The translations under genes were made by a program, and so were the position numbers. DNA of 64,000 bases from Balanoglossus misakiensis (lineage: Eukaryota; Animalia; Hemichordata), in assembly GCA_040954595.2 (NCBI GenBank), contig CM082584.2:1-64000 (forward strand). Reading direction: 5' to 3'. The notes beneath the pieces were generated by a model. It was not told the DNA's origin. It made no database searches and saw nothing but the letters and a program-made list of their open reading frames with translations. Positions 40,579 to 53,067 of this stretch are shown here, in pieces. Positions within the stretch are counted from its first letter, which is position 1, and the number at the start of each line of letters is the position of its first letter.

Positions 40579-41564
40579 GGTAGTTGGAAAGGCTATTTTT
40601 GAAGCAAATTCTCTCAATGTTTGTGAATTTATTTTCACAAGTTAGAATAAAGATAATGACTTGAAATTTGCAGCATGTGTTCTTAACAAACTAAAAAGTG
40701 AGGGAAAAATATGACTGTAAAAATATCTGCTAAAATTATGAAATTTGATACGCCTAAATATAAATATTCATAATTTTACAAAATATTGATTGAATCTTGA
40801 CATGTTTTCACAAATTATTGAATAATTTGTATTCATTTTAATATGAAGCAACCCCTCCAGCAATGTATGGGACACTTTTAGCAAAAACTTATTTTTTTCA
40901 AAGTTATCACTCAGGAAAACACAGTTTTTGTTGATATTTTGTATACAATTTTAACGTGCTGCCAAAACACAACGGGAAAACTTATGAAAAAACTGTCCCG
41001 TAAAATTGTTCTTTGGGATGTCCCGAGCCTTTCCTGAAAGTTTCATGATAAAAAAAATATCTGGCATACCTATTCAATCACAAATAAAAACCATTACATT
41101 ATGGCGAAGGGCAGAAAAGTAGCGAAATACGCAAAGTTTAGCGGCAGTTCACAGCGAAGGATCGCATTTATCTGGGTCAAACGCTTTTCCGCTGGCTTTT
41201 CGGGTTCCCTAGAAATGTAAAAATGTCCATAATTTGGCAGCCTTTAATAAACAAGCAAGGTTATCTATCGTTGAAAATTGCAAGAATCAGTGTTTGCAAG
41301 TTACATTTAAATGCCCTTGGCTAGGGGAACCCGTTCTTGTGCGCATAGCCTAGGAGAAGTCTTCCCCTAGAGGGCGCTCAAATAAGGCTCCCTAGCTTCC
41401 TTGCCAGATGAATGAAATTAGGTATCATAAAACCAGCCATATCTTGTTACACGTTTATTGCCCCGAATTTTTTATGAGTTTAATTTTTCTCTAATACATT
41501 TCTAGATATAAATTCAGTGTTTTTAAATGAAATTTTAACTGACGCCCTAGCCTTTCCAACTACC
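40579..41564. mobile_element. Kolobok-like non-autonomous DNA transposon
   Basis: TTAA on both flanks; perfect 17-bp TIR ggtagttggaaaggcta / tagcctttccaactacc; GG..CC termini. Confidence 0.85.
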
Positions 41565-41608
41565 TTAAGTATATGATGAAGGGACAATGTCTCTATTTTT
41601 GGGTAATA

Positions 41609-41710
41609 CAGTAAAACCTCTCTTTATGGACACCTCTCTAATCAGAACACCTAGTAAGATTGATTTTTCAAGCCAAATAGTATGGATAATTAAGGACGTC
41701 CCTTTTACTT
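41609..41710 (+). mobile_element. Fragment of a pogo/Tigger-like MITE end
   Basis: TA followed by cagtaaaacctctc...ggacacctctcta resembles pogo-type termini; no partner TIR was found. Confidence 0.35.
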
Positions 41711-41999
41711 AATAAACAGATGTGTGCACCACCTTAGGAGAAATTACCTCACATGCACAATTATCTCTACAGACACTAGTCTTCAAGAGGCAACTCATGT
41801 ATATTTGAGTGATGAAAACATCCAGCTTCGTACACTTCCTCACAAGTTCGTGCCTATCCTAAATTGCACGGACATACAAATGAAATTTCTGTTTTCTTTT
41901 CTCGTGGGAATTTTAGAAATGAGAAGTTACCACACAATTCAATTGCCATGAAGAGAAAGTGCCCAAAAGATTGTCATTTACGGTACGTCAGAAACTTAC

Positions 42000-44900
42000 A
42001 TATTTCACAACGGTTACCCTCATAGCAACCAGTACAGGCACAGGTATATGCCGTGCAGGAGTTGGCCACTGCATTACATACAGCCCCGTTGAGACAGCTG
42101 TTTCGCTGGCATGGATCTTGGACTGCAATAAAAAGTGCAACCTAATGTTATCTCAGCAATATTTACTTTCAAAATCTGTTTGATAAAAACATCATCATTA
42201 CCATTACTGTAAATACTGAACGGAACTTCACTTCCAAAAACAACTTGCTCATTCTGGGACGCACTTGTGGGGCTATGAAAATAAACATGTTTTCTTTCAG
42301 TTGTACATCATTTTTGAGGTGAACGATTCCCAAGGCCCAAGGTGTTATGCTGAAGATGAAAATATAAAGTATGACCAACAGACAATGTATTGAGACATGA
42401 TTGTAAATGTTAGTTCCTGCATGACAAAACGTTTGTTTTAATGAGTTTTACACTGGCTGCAGTGTGTGCCGGTGAAACATCCTGGACAAGTACACTCATA
42501 AGTTGTACACGACAGCCGAGTACACTGCCCATTGTTCAGGCATGGACTTGGCCTACATGGAGTTTGTTCTGTTTCAATGGAATGAAAAAAAATAAATAGT
42601 AGTGACATAAGTTTTTAGGGTATGACCATTTCCTTAATTCCTACAGGTGTGGTTCTATCGGGTTCTCCAATAACTAAGCCTCCTTAATGTATAACTGAAC
42701 AATAAGAATTACTTATTATACTTTTGGGAGTTTAGGACTGTGGTAATTGCAAAAAAGACTCAATTCCTGAAAGTGCCTATTTGGTTTGTCACATCCTAAA
42801 TATACAGGTAATTTCATAGCTGCCAGCTATGACAAATATACCGGTATGAGGGGGGAAAAACAGTTCCTCGTCTGATAAATTTACCTTGGTCACAGGTGAT
42901 TCCAATGAAACAGCCTTGACAGCGACAGGTAAACGCACTGCACGATCCACTGATTGGCTCACAGATACCGTTGTTCATGCACGGATTGGGAGAACATTGA
43001 TCGAGTCCTGGGGGTTGCATGTAAATCAACCAACAATTGCATATTAACATCACAAGTCATTTCACTATTTTTTCATTCCAAACTTAAAAGATTGCTTGTA
43101 ACTTGCTGAACAAATATTCATATGGACAGACTATTCTAGCTTGGAACAGGCAAAATCAAGGGTGCCCTGACGCCCAACTTTTAAGAGCAGTTCATTTACT
43201 GAAACTGCCAGCACCCAATATTATCCCACATGTAATCAATATGTGGAAATCAAATACATCTGTAACAGTTTTAATTTACCATGTGGGTATTTGCATGGAG
43301 GGCCATGGTATTTGTTACCTACTGATAAAATACCCTTCAAAACAATATCCTCATTTCTTCAGAAGTTTGGCAACAAGACCAATAAAGTTTCACATCAAAA
43401 TTTACAATGTATAAATAAGCTTAAAAGATCTACGGAATGAAGATTGCTTGTTTGTTTGCAGGGTGTCTTGAAAGTATATACTCACTTGTTTGACCATGGA
43501 CCCTAGAGAAAGAAGGACGCGCAATTCCAGTTTTTTCTTGAAATGATGTTCTTTTGCATACATTATTTCCAGATAAATCCCAATAATCCAATTTGCAAAT
43601 AAACTGTGTATAAACTAACGCAAAGTCTCGTGTTTTGCGTGAAGTTATCACAACACCTCAGAACATCTCGCAGAAGACGAGAAAACTGCAACGTGGTTGA
43701 ACGCAGCGATTATTTATGGAACACATCTGGACAAGTTAAACAGGAATTTGAATCTGAGTCTGACAGCGTCCAAAACAAGCATCTTTTGTCTAACAGTCCG
43801 GGTATTTCACAAGGCTGTGAGCTAACCGTACCGAGGGTTGCCTGGCGGCCATAGCGCACACATGATAATCCACCCAGTTTGTTTACAAATTGTTTTCGTG
43901 AAATCTGTTTTATTGTTCACGCACTGCGAAATAAAATGCCCCTAAACCACAATTTTTATTTCAATGCTTCACGCAAACATAAAATTATTACGAAAAGTGT
44001 CAGCGTTACTAAGAAATATGAGTGCCCAGTCGGACATGCAAAAAACATGGATGATTTGTTTACAATTTTTAAATGAAGCTTGTGGCACTAGAAATGACCG
44101 TTCAACCGACAGACGAACACCAAACCATAATAATTATCACAGACATCGTAATACTTTTAGAATTTTAGAAAAAAACGCAGTGGCTGCTGAAATGCAGGAG
44201 TGCCAGTTTGGTGGCAAGTTTTCGCATCACTGGTGGGGTCGACACGTGCCGAAGTAAGGAAGTCATTGTCCAACTGTCCTGGGTGTTAATTATATGCAAA
44301 AAAACATCATCATACAGATAATCCCCAAACCCTTTGATCTTTGCCGCAGTTGCTCGTCCTTCTTTCTCTAGGGTCTATGGTTTGACAGATGTCACCTGTG
44401 TAAGAGTTCACATACTGGCATGAATAGAAATTGCACGATGTTTGCTGGCAAAATCCACCATTCATACATGGGTTGGGATCACAGGGGTTTTGCACTGGAA
44501 ATTAAGAAAGGACGCCATTTTATTCCTTGCTACTCATTCTACAGTACAGATATGGCAAAAACCTTGCAGAATTATGGCAAGGGTGTGCGGAGTGATTGTG
44601 CCTACAACTTATATTAGGCTGGTATCAAGTTGTTCACACCTCCATAGATCATGTGGCAGTGACTGTGAGGCAAGGGCTTCCCTTCATGAAATCAAAGACC
44701 TGTGTACTGGAGGAGGGTTCCTTGCAAATGCTTGACTTGACTTCAAGCACACCTGTAGACTCATATGTAAATTTACACTATCTGGCCTGGAGTGAGAATT
44801 TCCATAGTTGATGTGTGTTGACAAAAGGCAGTAAAATTGGCCAGTCGCGCATAATGTTTCTTGAACCAAGACAATCAAGACATTATGCGCCACGAAAGTG

Positions 44901-45573
44901 ATTTTGATTGGAAAGAGTGTAATCTTGCATTCGATGTCAAGAACTCTCCAAGCTCTGCTGTGGAGATGGCTACACCTATGCTCAGGAAACATGCAGTATT
45001 TGAATGCATCAGAGACAAAAGGTAAAAGAGACTGCGCTGTATACTTACATATCTCACACCTATCACCTTTGTAGCAACCAGTACATATGCAGGTGAGATC
45101 AAAGCAGGAATTTCGAGCCGGTTGACAGAAGCCACCATTCTGGCACGGATTTGGTTGACACTGGTTGAGTCCTGCAAGGAAAAGGGTCAAATTTTCCATG
45201 ATCATCAATGTCACGTGATTATGAATGTATGTAAGTGGCTGAGTTTCCTTCAAAAATTGTGATGTGACAAACCGACAAATTAGCATATTAGCATAATCAG
45301 AATAAATAAAAAAAATGCACAGGTAGTTTAAAAGAACAAAAACTTTCGAAACGGAATAGAGCTAAGCTGCTATCCCTTTCTATTTTTGTGTTTGTACAAC
45401 ATCAGTGAAGTTTAAATCATAATAAAAAAATGATTATTATCATTATTAACTGCTACAGATTCAAACTTACTTGTCTCACAACTGGTTCCCTAGTAACACT
45501 CTGTGCACATGCAAATTGTGGCAGTACAAGAATTTACCTGTTGTTGGCAGGTACCTCCATTGAGACAAGGACT
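42000..45573 (-). pseudogene. Multi-exon 8-Cys EGF-repeat gene fragment, copy 1. Exons 45471-45573 (5'-truncated, TAG stop), 45049-45171, 44380-44494 (TE-split), 42885-43007, 42452-42568, 42000-42122
   Basis: Phase 1-1 exons of 123 or 117 bp with AG/GT ends, e.g. VQDPCQRNSCLNGAVCNAVANSCTAYTCACTGCYEGNRCEI and EQTPCRPSPCLNNGQCTRLSCTTYECTCPGCFTGTHCSQ. Confidence 0.85.
43495..44379. mobile_element. Non-autonomous P-superfamily-like element with 7-bp TSD, inserted in an EGF exon
   Basis: TIR catggaccctagagaaagaaggacgcgcaa / ttgctcgtccttctttctctagggtctatg; GTTTGAC duplicated at 43488-43494 and 44380-44386. Confidence 0.8.
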
Positions 45574-45629
45574 TCATAAGTTGTCTGAAAACACCAGTTT
45601 GCCCAATTTTCACTAATGTATAGGAATAC

Positions 45630-45704
45630 ATGAGAAGTCGGCCAGATTAGAAGTCGGCCAGTACGCGCGCATGAGAAGTCGGCCAGTATGAGAAGTCGGC
45701 CAGT
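45630..45704 (+). repeat. Tandem ~17-bp repeats (atgagaagtcggccagt); inverted partner at 47276-47328
   Basis: Four copies of agaagtcggccag; reverse-complement copies ggccgacttctc downstream. Confidence 0.8.
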
Positions 45705-45772
45705 TGTTGAACTTGTACCCGAATAGTGCAGTAATGACCCAGATTACTTATAACAACACTTAATAAAATATA

Positions 45773-46816
45773 CAGTTGAACCTCGGTATAACGAAAACGC
45801 TTACAACGAAAAACCGCTTACAACGAACGAACAGTCATAGTCCCGAATTGGTACCATTGTTTTCTATGGCCGTTCATACCACTTACAACGAACGAACATT
45901 TATCAATCACCGCTTACAACGAAGACATTTTCATTGTGTTACGAACACTTTTTTGAATAAAGGTTGGAAATAAACAATGTGCAATTTGACTTTGATCAAA
46001 CTAAAATGCTGTGTAACTTCTTCACATCTTCCTACGGCAGTCCAATGTCTGAATAGGGGTCAGGGCAGCAAATTCTCGCCTATTGTTTACATGTGCTTAC
46101 TAAGCATCACGCTTTTGACAGGTCGTTTGGCATCAATGCGAAAAAAGCTTTCAAGTCATTTACACATTACGGGATTTTGACTTTGATCTTAAATTTGAAA
46201 ATGACCGATATGAGACACTCATCATGGTTGAAGGTGACATCGAATACCATCGCGAAATGTTTTCGAAAAGCCCTATGTAGGAACGCGTCGACCGGTGTCC
46301 TTGACACAGCGAGTGACCTCTTGGCTACCGTTATGCCGCATATCTGCAGTCCCGCGAGAACATCGATGATGCTACCTACCATCATCTCTCTTCGATTGAA
46401 GACACGATGTTTTCAATCATGTGTTCCATTCAGCGACAATCGAAGATTACGAGCTTTTTTTCTTGCCCGCGTGAGTAACTTCGATAGGAAAACGGACAAT
46501 TGAATCTGGCGGCCTGAGGTTCATGTAGTTTTTAATTCGTGAATTTTAACTTCTTTCCGCATTGTGATTTTTGTACAATTTATTTATTAACATACTGTAC
46601 ATTTATGTTTTGATTTTTCACTAATTTATTAAGTACTGTAATAAAAAGTTTGTTTGTATGAAGTACGTGTTGTGTGCGTGTACGGGTGGGTGTGTATAAG
46701 GGCCGCCATTTTGTTCCAGTGACACGCCCCCACTTTCTCTGTGGTTACAACGAACTCCGGGTATTACGAATAGATTCAAACAGTCCCCTGTTCTTCGTTA
46801 TACCGAGGTTCGACTG
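45773..46816 (+). mobile_element. Internally deleted pogo/Tigger (Tc1/mariner superfamily) transposon
   Basis: TA TSD; TIR cagttgaacctcggtataacgaa / ttcgttataccgaggttcgactg; residual SWLKVTSNTIAKCFRKA pogo C-terminal motif; absent from the paralogue at ~61578. Confidence 0.92.
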
Positions 46817-47446
46817 TAATTGCACTAAATATTTTCATTTGGACGGATTTCCCAAATTCTTGACAACACAATGACGTCATTTCAAATAATGGCATCTGGC
46901 ATCCGTACCGGTTCCCCAGCCTCGTATCCGCGTAAGGAGCTTAGGTTGTTCGCCAAATTCCTGTGACATTTCTGATTAAAGGGAGTTGTTTCAAAGCCTA
47001 CTAAAATACATAGAAGATGTATGTGTATATTCATACTTTCTGAGACAACACCAAACAAACAAACAAACAAACGTGACAAGGAACAGACTACTGGCGCAGC
47101 TCAAGAAGTGCAGGTGACTGATGTTGACGTACCCCGGTGACGTACATGAAAAGTGAACAGACAGTTTTAAAATTCATCGGCTATTTGTACAAATATCTTA
47201 GCTCCTGTACATCAAGGAAACATTTCGTAGTGAAACAGTTATATATAACACAGAGTACCAGGGTTCTCTCCCACAGGCCGACTTCTCGTACTGGCCGAGA
47301 CCGACTTCTCATACTGGTTGACTTCTCAGGACACCATGTATAGCTAGCTGTTGAACTCAAAAAATATGTAAAACTACAAGTGATGTAAACAACTTGTGGA
47401 ACCATGTTCAAATCGAGACAAGAAGAAAAGGGATTTCAAGACTTAC

Positions 47447-50091
47447 CTCCTTCAGCACTTTACTGCCCTGTAGCGCACTGTGTGACACTTGTAGTTGTGC
47501 ATTCATAACCAGAAGGACGTGGCCGAACCTAGCGAGTATGAACCTATCACAGAAAAAATTCAAAGAACGATTTTTACCACCATGGTTTGGTCCAACGATC
47601 CCTTATTAGAGAGATGTCCGTAATCACAGGTTTAACTGTACAATACCTCTTCAGTGGAATCATTGTGTTTTTCAAAGTGCATCACAATATCATCTCCAAT
47701 AAGCATAACAGTTTAATTTTCTGTGTATGCCATGCTATAACACAGGGAAGTCACAAGAGTGATTTGCAGCCCAACTTACCAGTAACTGTTGAACAATCCA
47801 CTACGGGTGACATGGTTGGACACTTGGATACCACTGGACAAGGCGTGCATGTGCCGTCGCCTTCCATAGCATATTCACCATTGCCACAGTCGAGCGGATC
47901 TTACATTGGATCTGAACACGATTTTCCAGCAGGGCACAGAAGACAGGATGTGCGTGCAGGCTCCTCACTTATTTCATCTGATTAAAGAAAATGAGGTTTT
48001 TAGTGATGTATTTGTGATACAGTGTCATTTAAAATAACAAATTACTTGAGATGATTCACTTCATAATTCTGAGACAAGTATACAGGCATGTAGAAAATTC
48101 TTTGGAGGACATTAAACGTCATTTCTAATCAACCATTTTCTGAATATCATAAGACTCTGCGAGATCTCACATGGCTAACCAGGTCTCGCAAGATCTCGCA
48201 CTGAGTTGATAATCTGTTGTAAACACATACATACATACACACACACACACACATACCCCCAGTCGCACTGACTTGAAAATCTGTTGTAAACACATACATG
48301 CATACACACATACCCCTCAGTTTCATCACACAGCAAACTGAACAAGTACCACAATCTTACAATTTGTACATCTGGTACAGTTTGTTGCACCAGCCAATGA
48401 CACGTAACCCTTGGTACACTTGAATTGCGATGCACTGGGATCTATGCAGGCGTACCCTTGCTCACAAATAGTACAATGTTCAGCACCAGCTGATCTGTAA
48501 ATCAAACAGAGAATTTACACACCAAGTTAACCTTTGAATACCACTGTAAACATTTGGTGCAAATTTTAATTATTTTCATAAATAGAGGTCTATTCAAATT
48601 TGGAAAAATTGTCATTTTTTCATTCATATATTATATCAGTAAATTTTAAATACAGAAATAGAAAATGATCCCATCCTATTTTTCAGTTAGTAAATTACCT
48701 GACCTAATGTTTGATGTTGGAAATAAAGGTGGGTGGGTAGAAGTTTACCTGTTATGCAAGAGGTACAGCGAGACATCCTTTGTCCAAGGCCGAACTGTAA
48801 TAACCAGCCGAGCATAAAATCACAGAGTTACCATTTGGACATTGGTTACCAGCTGGGCAATCAGCACATGATGTTTGTGCTGAAAATAAACAGAGATTTA
48901 TAGAATCTTATAGTCACAGTCATACCTTCAAAGACGTGGGATTCTCACGCGGGTTGGGGAGACAAAAATCCCTGGCAAAAGATTGAGGACAGGAAAATGC
49001 CAATCCAGAGATATTGGTAACAGAAACTGTGTACAGTCAATGCCATACGGCAGTGTGCTGTTCTAACAACAGACAAGATCGTGACGATCATAGTCTGTGT
49101 CGGAGATTTGGAAAAGAGCAAATTTGGTGAAAAGACGGGACAAAACAAAAGTCTACTTATACGATGCACATGAAAACTGGATGAAAGCGAAGCAGTCCAC
49201 TATTTGAATGCATTGGATGTAAAATTGGCAGAATATTTGGACTGGACGTAATGTTTGTACGCACAGAATTACGTACATGCACATAAGATGATCGTCTGCC
49301 TTAAAGGCACGTAAGCTGCAACTAGATAAAAAAATTAATGTTTTAAATAATCTCATATATGCTTTTAATTATGTCTATTAAATGATATTTCATGATAATA
49401 TATCAAGCTCAACACTTATTTATGACACAATGGCCAAAATTAAAGAAAAAACAAAAATTCCTGCAATTTTAAAAAAAGTGCAATATTGCAATGAAAAATG
49501 GAAATCTGATGTCTCAGTGGTGTACATTTACTTCCATGAGCTCAAGTGGATGAGATCATGTTTTGTTTATGAAGTTTCACAACCGGAAATGCAACAATTT
49601 CATTGTTTCTTGCATTTTCCCACGGTGGCGGCCATAATCGCTTGCGGCAAAGCTTTATTATTTATCTGGTTAAAACTTGCATATGCACTCATATTTAGGG
49701 TTTATAATGCTTGTGTATAGTTCACTGCCTTCATCTGCATGGACTAATGGTAGTGCAGTTTTAAACAAAAATTATGAAAATTATCCCAAAAGTTACAGCT
49801 TACGTGCCTTTAAGTGAAAGATTACACAGTAATGCCCAAACTTTAAGTGCTGACTCACCATCTATATTAGTGTAGTATCCATCTTCACACACCTCTGGCT
49901 CCGACATACCATCATATTGGCACTTATACCCGGGGCAGGACAAGGCGTACAGTCTATACTTCCATTGTTGGCAAAATATCCCAGTCCGCATTGTGTTGGT
50001 GATGAGAGGCTGGCTGTTCCACACATGAAACCCCTGGACACAGCGTGCATGCTCCAGAACATGCTGAACTTTAACTTCCAGCTGCGCAGTC
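47447..50091 (-). pseudogene. Cys-rich CPAGxxC (GCC2/GCC3, ephrin-receptor-like) repeat gene fragment. Exons ~49859-50091, 48749-48879, 48361-48494, 47780-47977, 47447-47542
   Basis: Manual translation: AQTSCADCPAGNQCPNG, SAGAEHCTICEQGYACIDP, TSCLLCPAGKSCSDPM*DPLDCGNGEYAMEGDGTCTPCP. Several stops and frameshifts; AG/GT borders. Confidence 0.8.
49305..49809. mobile_element. Kolobok-like MITE (paralogous copy begins at 63995)
   Basis: TTAA flanks; TIR aggcacgtaagctgcaact / agttacagcttacgtgcct. Confidence 0.85.
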
Positions 50092-50157
50092 CTGTAGGAG
50101 TGAAGACGTCAAATATTAAGGAGGTTTAGGAGCCCTCTAGCCAGCAAACTTCATCAA

Positions 50158-50575
50158 GGATGTACGTGCAGAACATAAACCGGAAACACTGCGTGTCCGG
50201 TCTTTTTTCCATAGGATTACATTGATAATCGCCAGAAAACAAACTTCTACTATTGTTATTTTCTCGAAATTTTACACATAGCTCAGTCCAGCAAATATAA
50301 ATTCATTGGTCAAATAAAATATAGGGGTCACCGCGCTCTTTTTTGAGATAAATTGCATTAAGAAATTTTGGCCATAGACAAACAAACCATTGGTGAAAAA
50401 TGCTGAGTCAGCAGATTTCTTCTATTATCGACCAATTTCATGGCTCTGTATTTCAAAAACAAGCGCGGTGACCCCTATATTTTATTACGGATTTTCATTA
50501 TACATACAAAAGAGAATAAAAAAATCCACAATTAAAAAAAATGACAATACTTTCCATTTTATTGAACGTACATCC
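50158..50575. mobile_element. Kolobok-like MITE with an internal inverted repeat
   Basis: TIR ggatgtacgt / acgtacatcc; flanks TCAA and TTAA; internal IR aaaatataggggtcaccgcgct / agcgcggtgacccctatatttt. Confidence 0.7.
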
Positions 50576-51059
50576 TTAATGTTACTTAGGTAGTGGAGCA
50601 CCAAAACCCAAATTTTCATATCGATTGTGTATTTTGTGATAAAAGCACCAAACTTGGCTCAGATGTGTGTTAATGTGTACTGAACAAATTCAGATAGCGA
50701 GTCACTAAATATCTGTTGAAGAGTTTCCATGGCAACCAATTTTTTTTCAAAATGGCCGCAAATACAGATAATCACACCTGTTAAACATCATAATAAATTC
50801 AGATTACAATATTTGAAACAAGAAACTACGGAAAGAATGGTTTGCAATAGAACTATGGTTATTAAACTACAAATGTACTTATAAGGGTAACTAAGGGATC
50901 AAAATACAGGTGCAACTTTCAATCCCTGGTACTCGCATTAGTATAGGTGCTCCCCCTAGTCAAACATTACGGCTAGTTGCGATATTTAACTTGAAGTACG
51001 TAAATTACACACACACGAATCGCAACAGTTAGCGAGTCACTAAATATCTATTGAAGAGT

Positions 51060-53067
51060 GACTATGCAGTATTCAAGATCCACCCTTTCCACAATACGTG
51101 TGAACTTCTACTCTCTACATGGAATGTCCGCTCAGCTAGATGCAAATCATTAGACATTGCAGACTACATCACAGATAAAGAAATTGATATTCTTGTACTC
51201 ACTGAAACATGGTTGAAGGAATCTGGTGACGAACACGTAATGGCTGAATGTACACCACCAGGCTATGCTGTCAAACATCTACCTGGGGTTGGCAAGATCG
51301 GTGGAGGCTTAGCTTAAATTCATAAGCTAGCACTAAAATAAACAGCTTGGAAGCCTATTCTCTCTGTTAAATCTTTTGAGGCAGCGGAAGCAACTATTCT
51401 TCACCAGAAACTTTCCATGAAAATAATTCTTGTCTACCGTCCACCACCATCAGTTAATAATAAATTCACCGCACCACAGTTCATGGAAGAGTTCAGTACA
51501 ACACTTGAGAAGTATGTCACCTGCTCAAGTAATCTCTTCATCGTAGGAGATTTCAATATTCACCTAGAAGATGATAAGAATCCAGTAACACAGAAATTCA
51601 ATGGAATCATCAGCGCCTGTAATCTGAAACAATGGGTCCAACAACCAACACACAGAAAGGGTCATACTCTTGATCTCATCTTATCTAACTCTGCGTCTAA
51701 CATCAAGAGTGTCTCTGTAGACTGCTTGGAACTCTCTGATCACAATCCTGTCAATGCAAAACTTGCTCTTCCGAAACCAACACACAGTAGACGTCAAATA
51801 TCTTATCGTCATATCTGCCATTTCAATTGATAGTTTCAGCCATGATCTCGACAAAATACATCAAATGTCCTAGCCTCCAAATGACCTCTCCTCCGCCATA
51901 TCAGCTTATAACCAACCCGTCAGTCTCCATCTAAAACACGTGTACTTGATCTCATCCCTACAGCACTTGATAAGCAATGTCTTGATAATCTGCTCACTAT
52001 CATAGCCACAATTATCAATTTGTCACTCAAAACTGGAACTGTTCCTGAATAACTTAAAATAGCAGTCATCACACCAATATACTCAAGAAACCTTCGCTCG
52101 ACAAAAACATTTTCAAGAACTATAGACCAGTTTCAAACCTAACCTTCCTGTCAAAAGTAATCGGGAAGATTGTAGCACAACAACTGACATCATATTTGAC
52201 TACCAACTCACTACAAGAACCACTGCAGTCAGCGTACCGAAAGGATCACAGTACCGAAACAGCACTTACTAAAGTCAACAACGATATTTGTATGGCACTG
52301 GATGCCGGTAAATGTGTACTCATGGTTCTCCTCGATCTCTCCTCTGTGTTTGATACCATAGATCACGACACAATCATCTCAAGGTTATCAAAACTGGGCA
52401 TCACCAACATCGCACTACAATGGTTCTCATCATATCTTAAGAACAGACAGCAGTTTGTATGGCACAATGTCAGAACCTCAATATCTACAATATGGAGTAC
52501 CACACGGTTCAGTGCTTGGCCCACTTTTGTTCTGCAGCTACATCCAACCACTTGCTCAACTTATTTGTCACCACAACATCAATTTTCACCAATATGCCGA
52601 TGACAACCAACTATACCAATATTTCTTCCAGTTAGACACCATAAGTACATTAGACAAGATGGAAAGGGCAGTTCACGAAATAAAAACCTGGATGACACAT
52701 AATAAACTTCAACTAAATGGTGGCAAACCCGAGGTACCCCTGATAAGGTCTCAGTTCAACCGCTCGCCTAGTCCCATAAACCACATGAGCATTGGATCAT
52801 GTTGTGTTCAAATTGTGAATTCTGCACGGAATATAGGTGTGACATTCGACGACAATTACACTTTCAATAAGCACATTAATGCAATTTGCAAGTCAATTTT
52901 CTTCCATCTGCGTCAAATCAGCCACATTCGCCGTTACCTCACTAAGGAAGTTTGCCAGATGCTGGTTCATGCTCTAATCACATCAAAACTGGACTACTGC
53001 AATGCAATACTCTGTGGTTTACCATCATCATGCATTCAACCGCTACAGCATGCCCTGAATTCTGCAG
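51060..53067 (+). mobile_element. Degenerate L2/CR1-group non-LTR retrotransposon ORF2 (APE endonuclease + reverse transcriptase)
   Basis: APE motifs WNVRS, LTETWL, YRPP, GDFN, GHTLDLI, SDH. RT motifs [58 protein letters not shown]. Stops, frameshifts and a shortened EN-RT linker. Confidence 0.95.

Larger units (their letters stand above)
42648..49310 (+). repeat. Segmental duplication copy 1 (paralogue at 58507-64000; continues beyond the window)
   Basis: Near-identical sequence and ORFs at offsets 15857, then 14757 and 14690 after indels. Confidence 0.95.

Noticed and set aside
41745-41858. Possible minus-strand exon ARTCEEVYEAGC..., reminiscent of a fibrinogen-domain start
   Set aside because: Short similarity, stops soon after and a phase mismatch with the EGF exons; it cannot be supported without a search.
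48210-48312. CA/CATA microsatellite with a short local duplication present only in copy 1
   Set aside because: An ordinary slippage or indel difference between paralogues.
51060-53067. Telomere-specific retrotransposon (SART/TRAS/HeT-A-like) or telomerase RT
   Set aside because: The motifs are ordinary L2/CR1-type, the element is not inserted in TTAGGG repeats, and it is degenerate.
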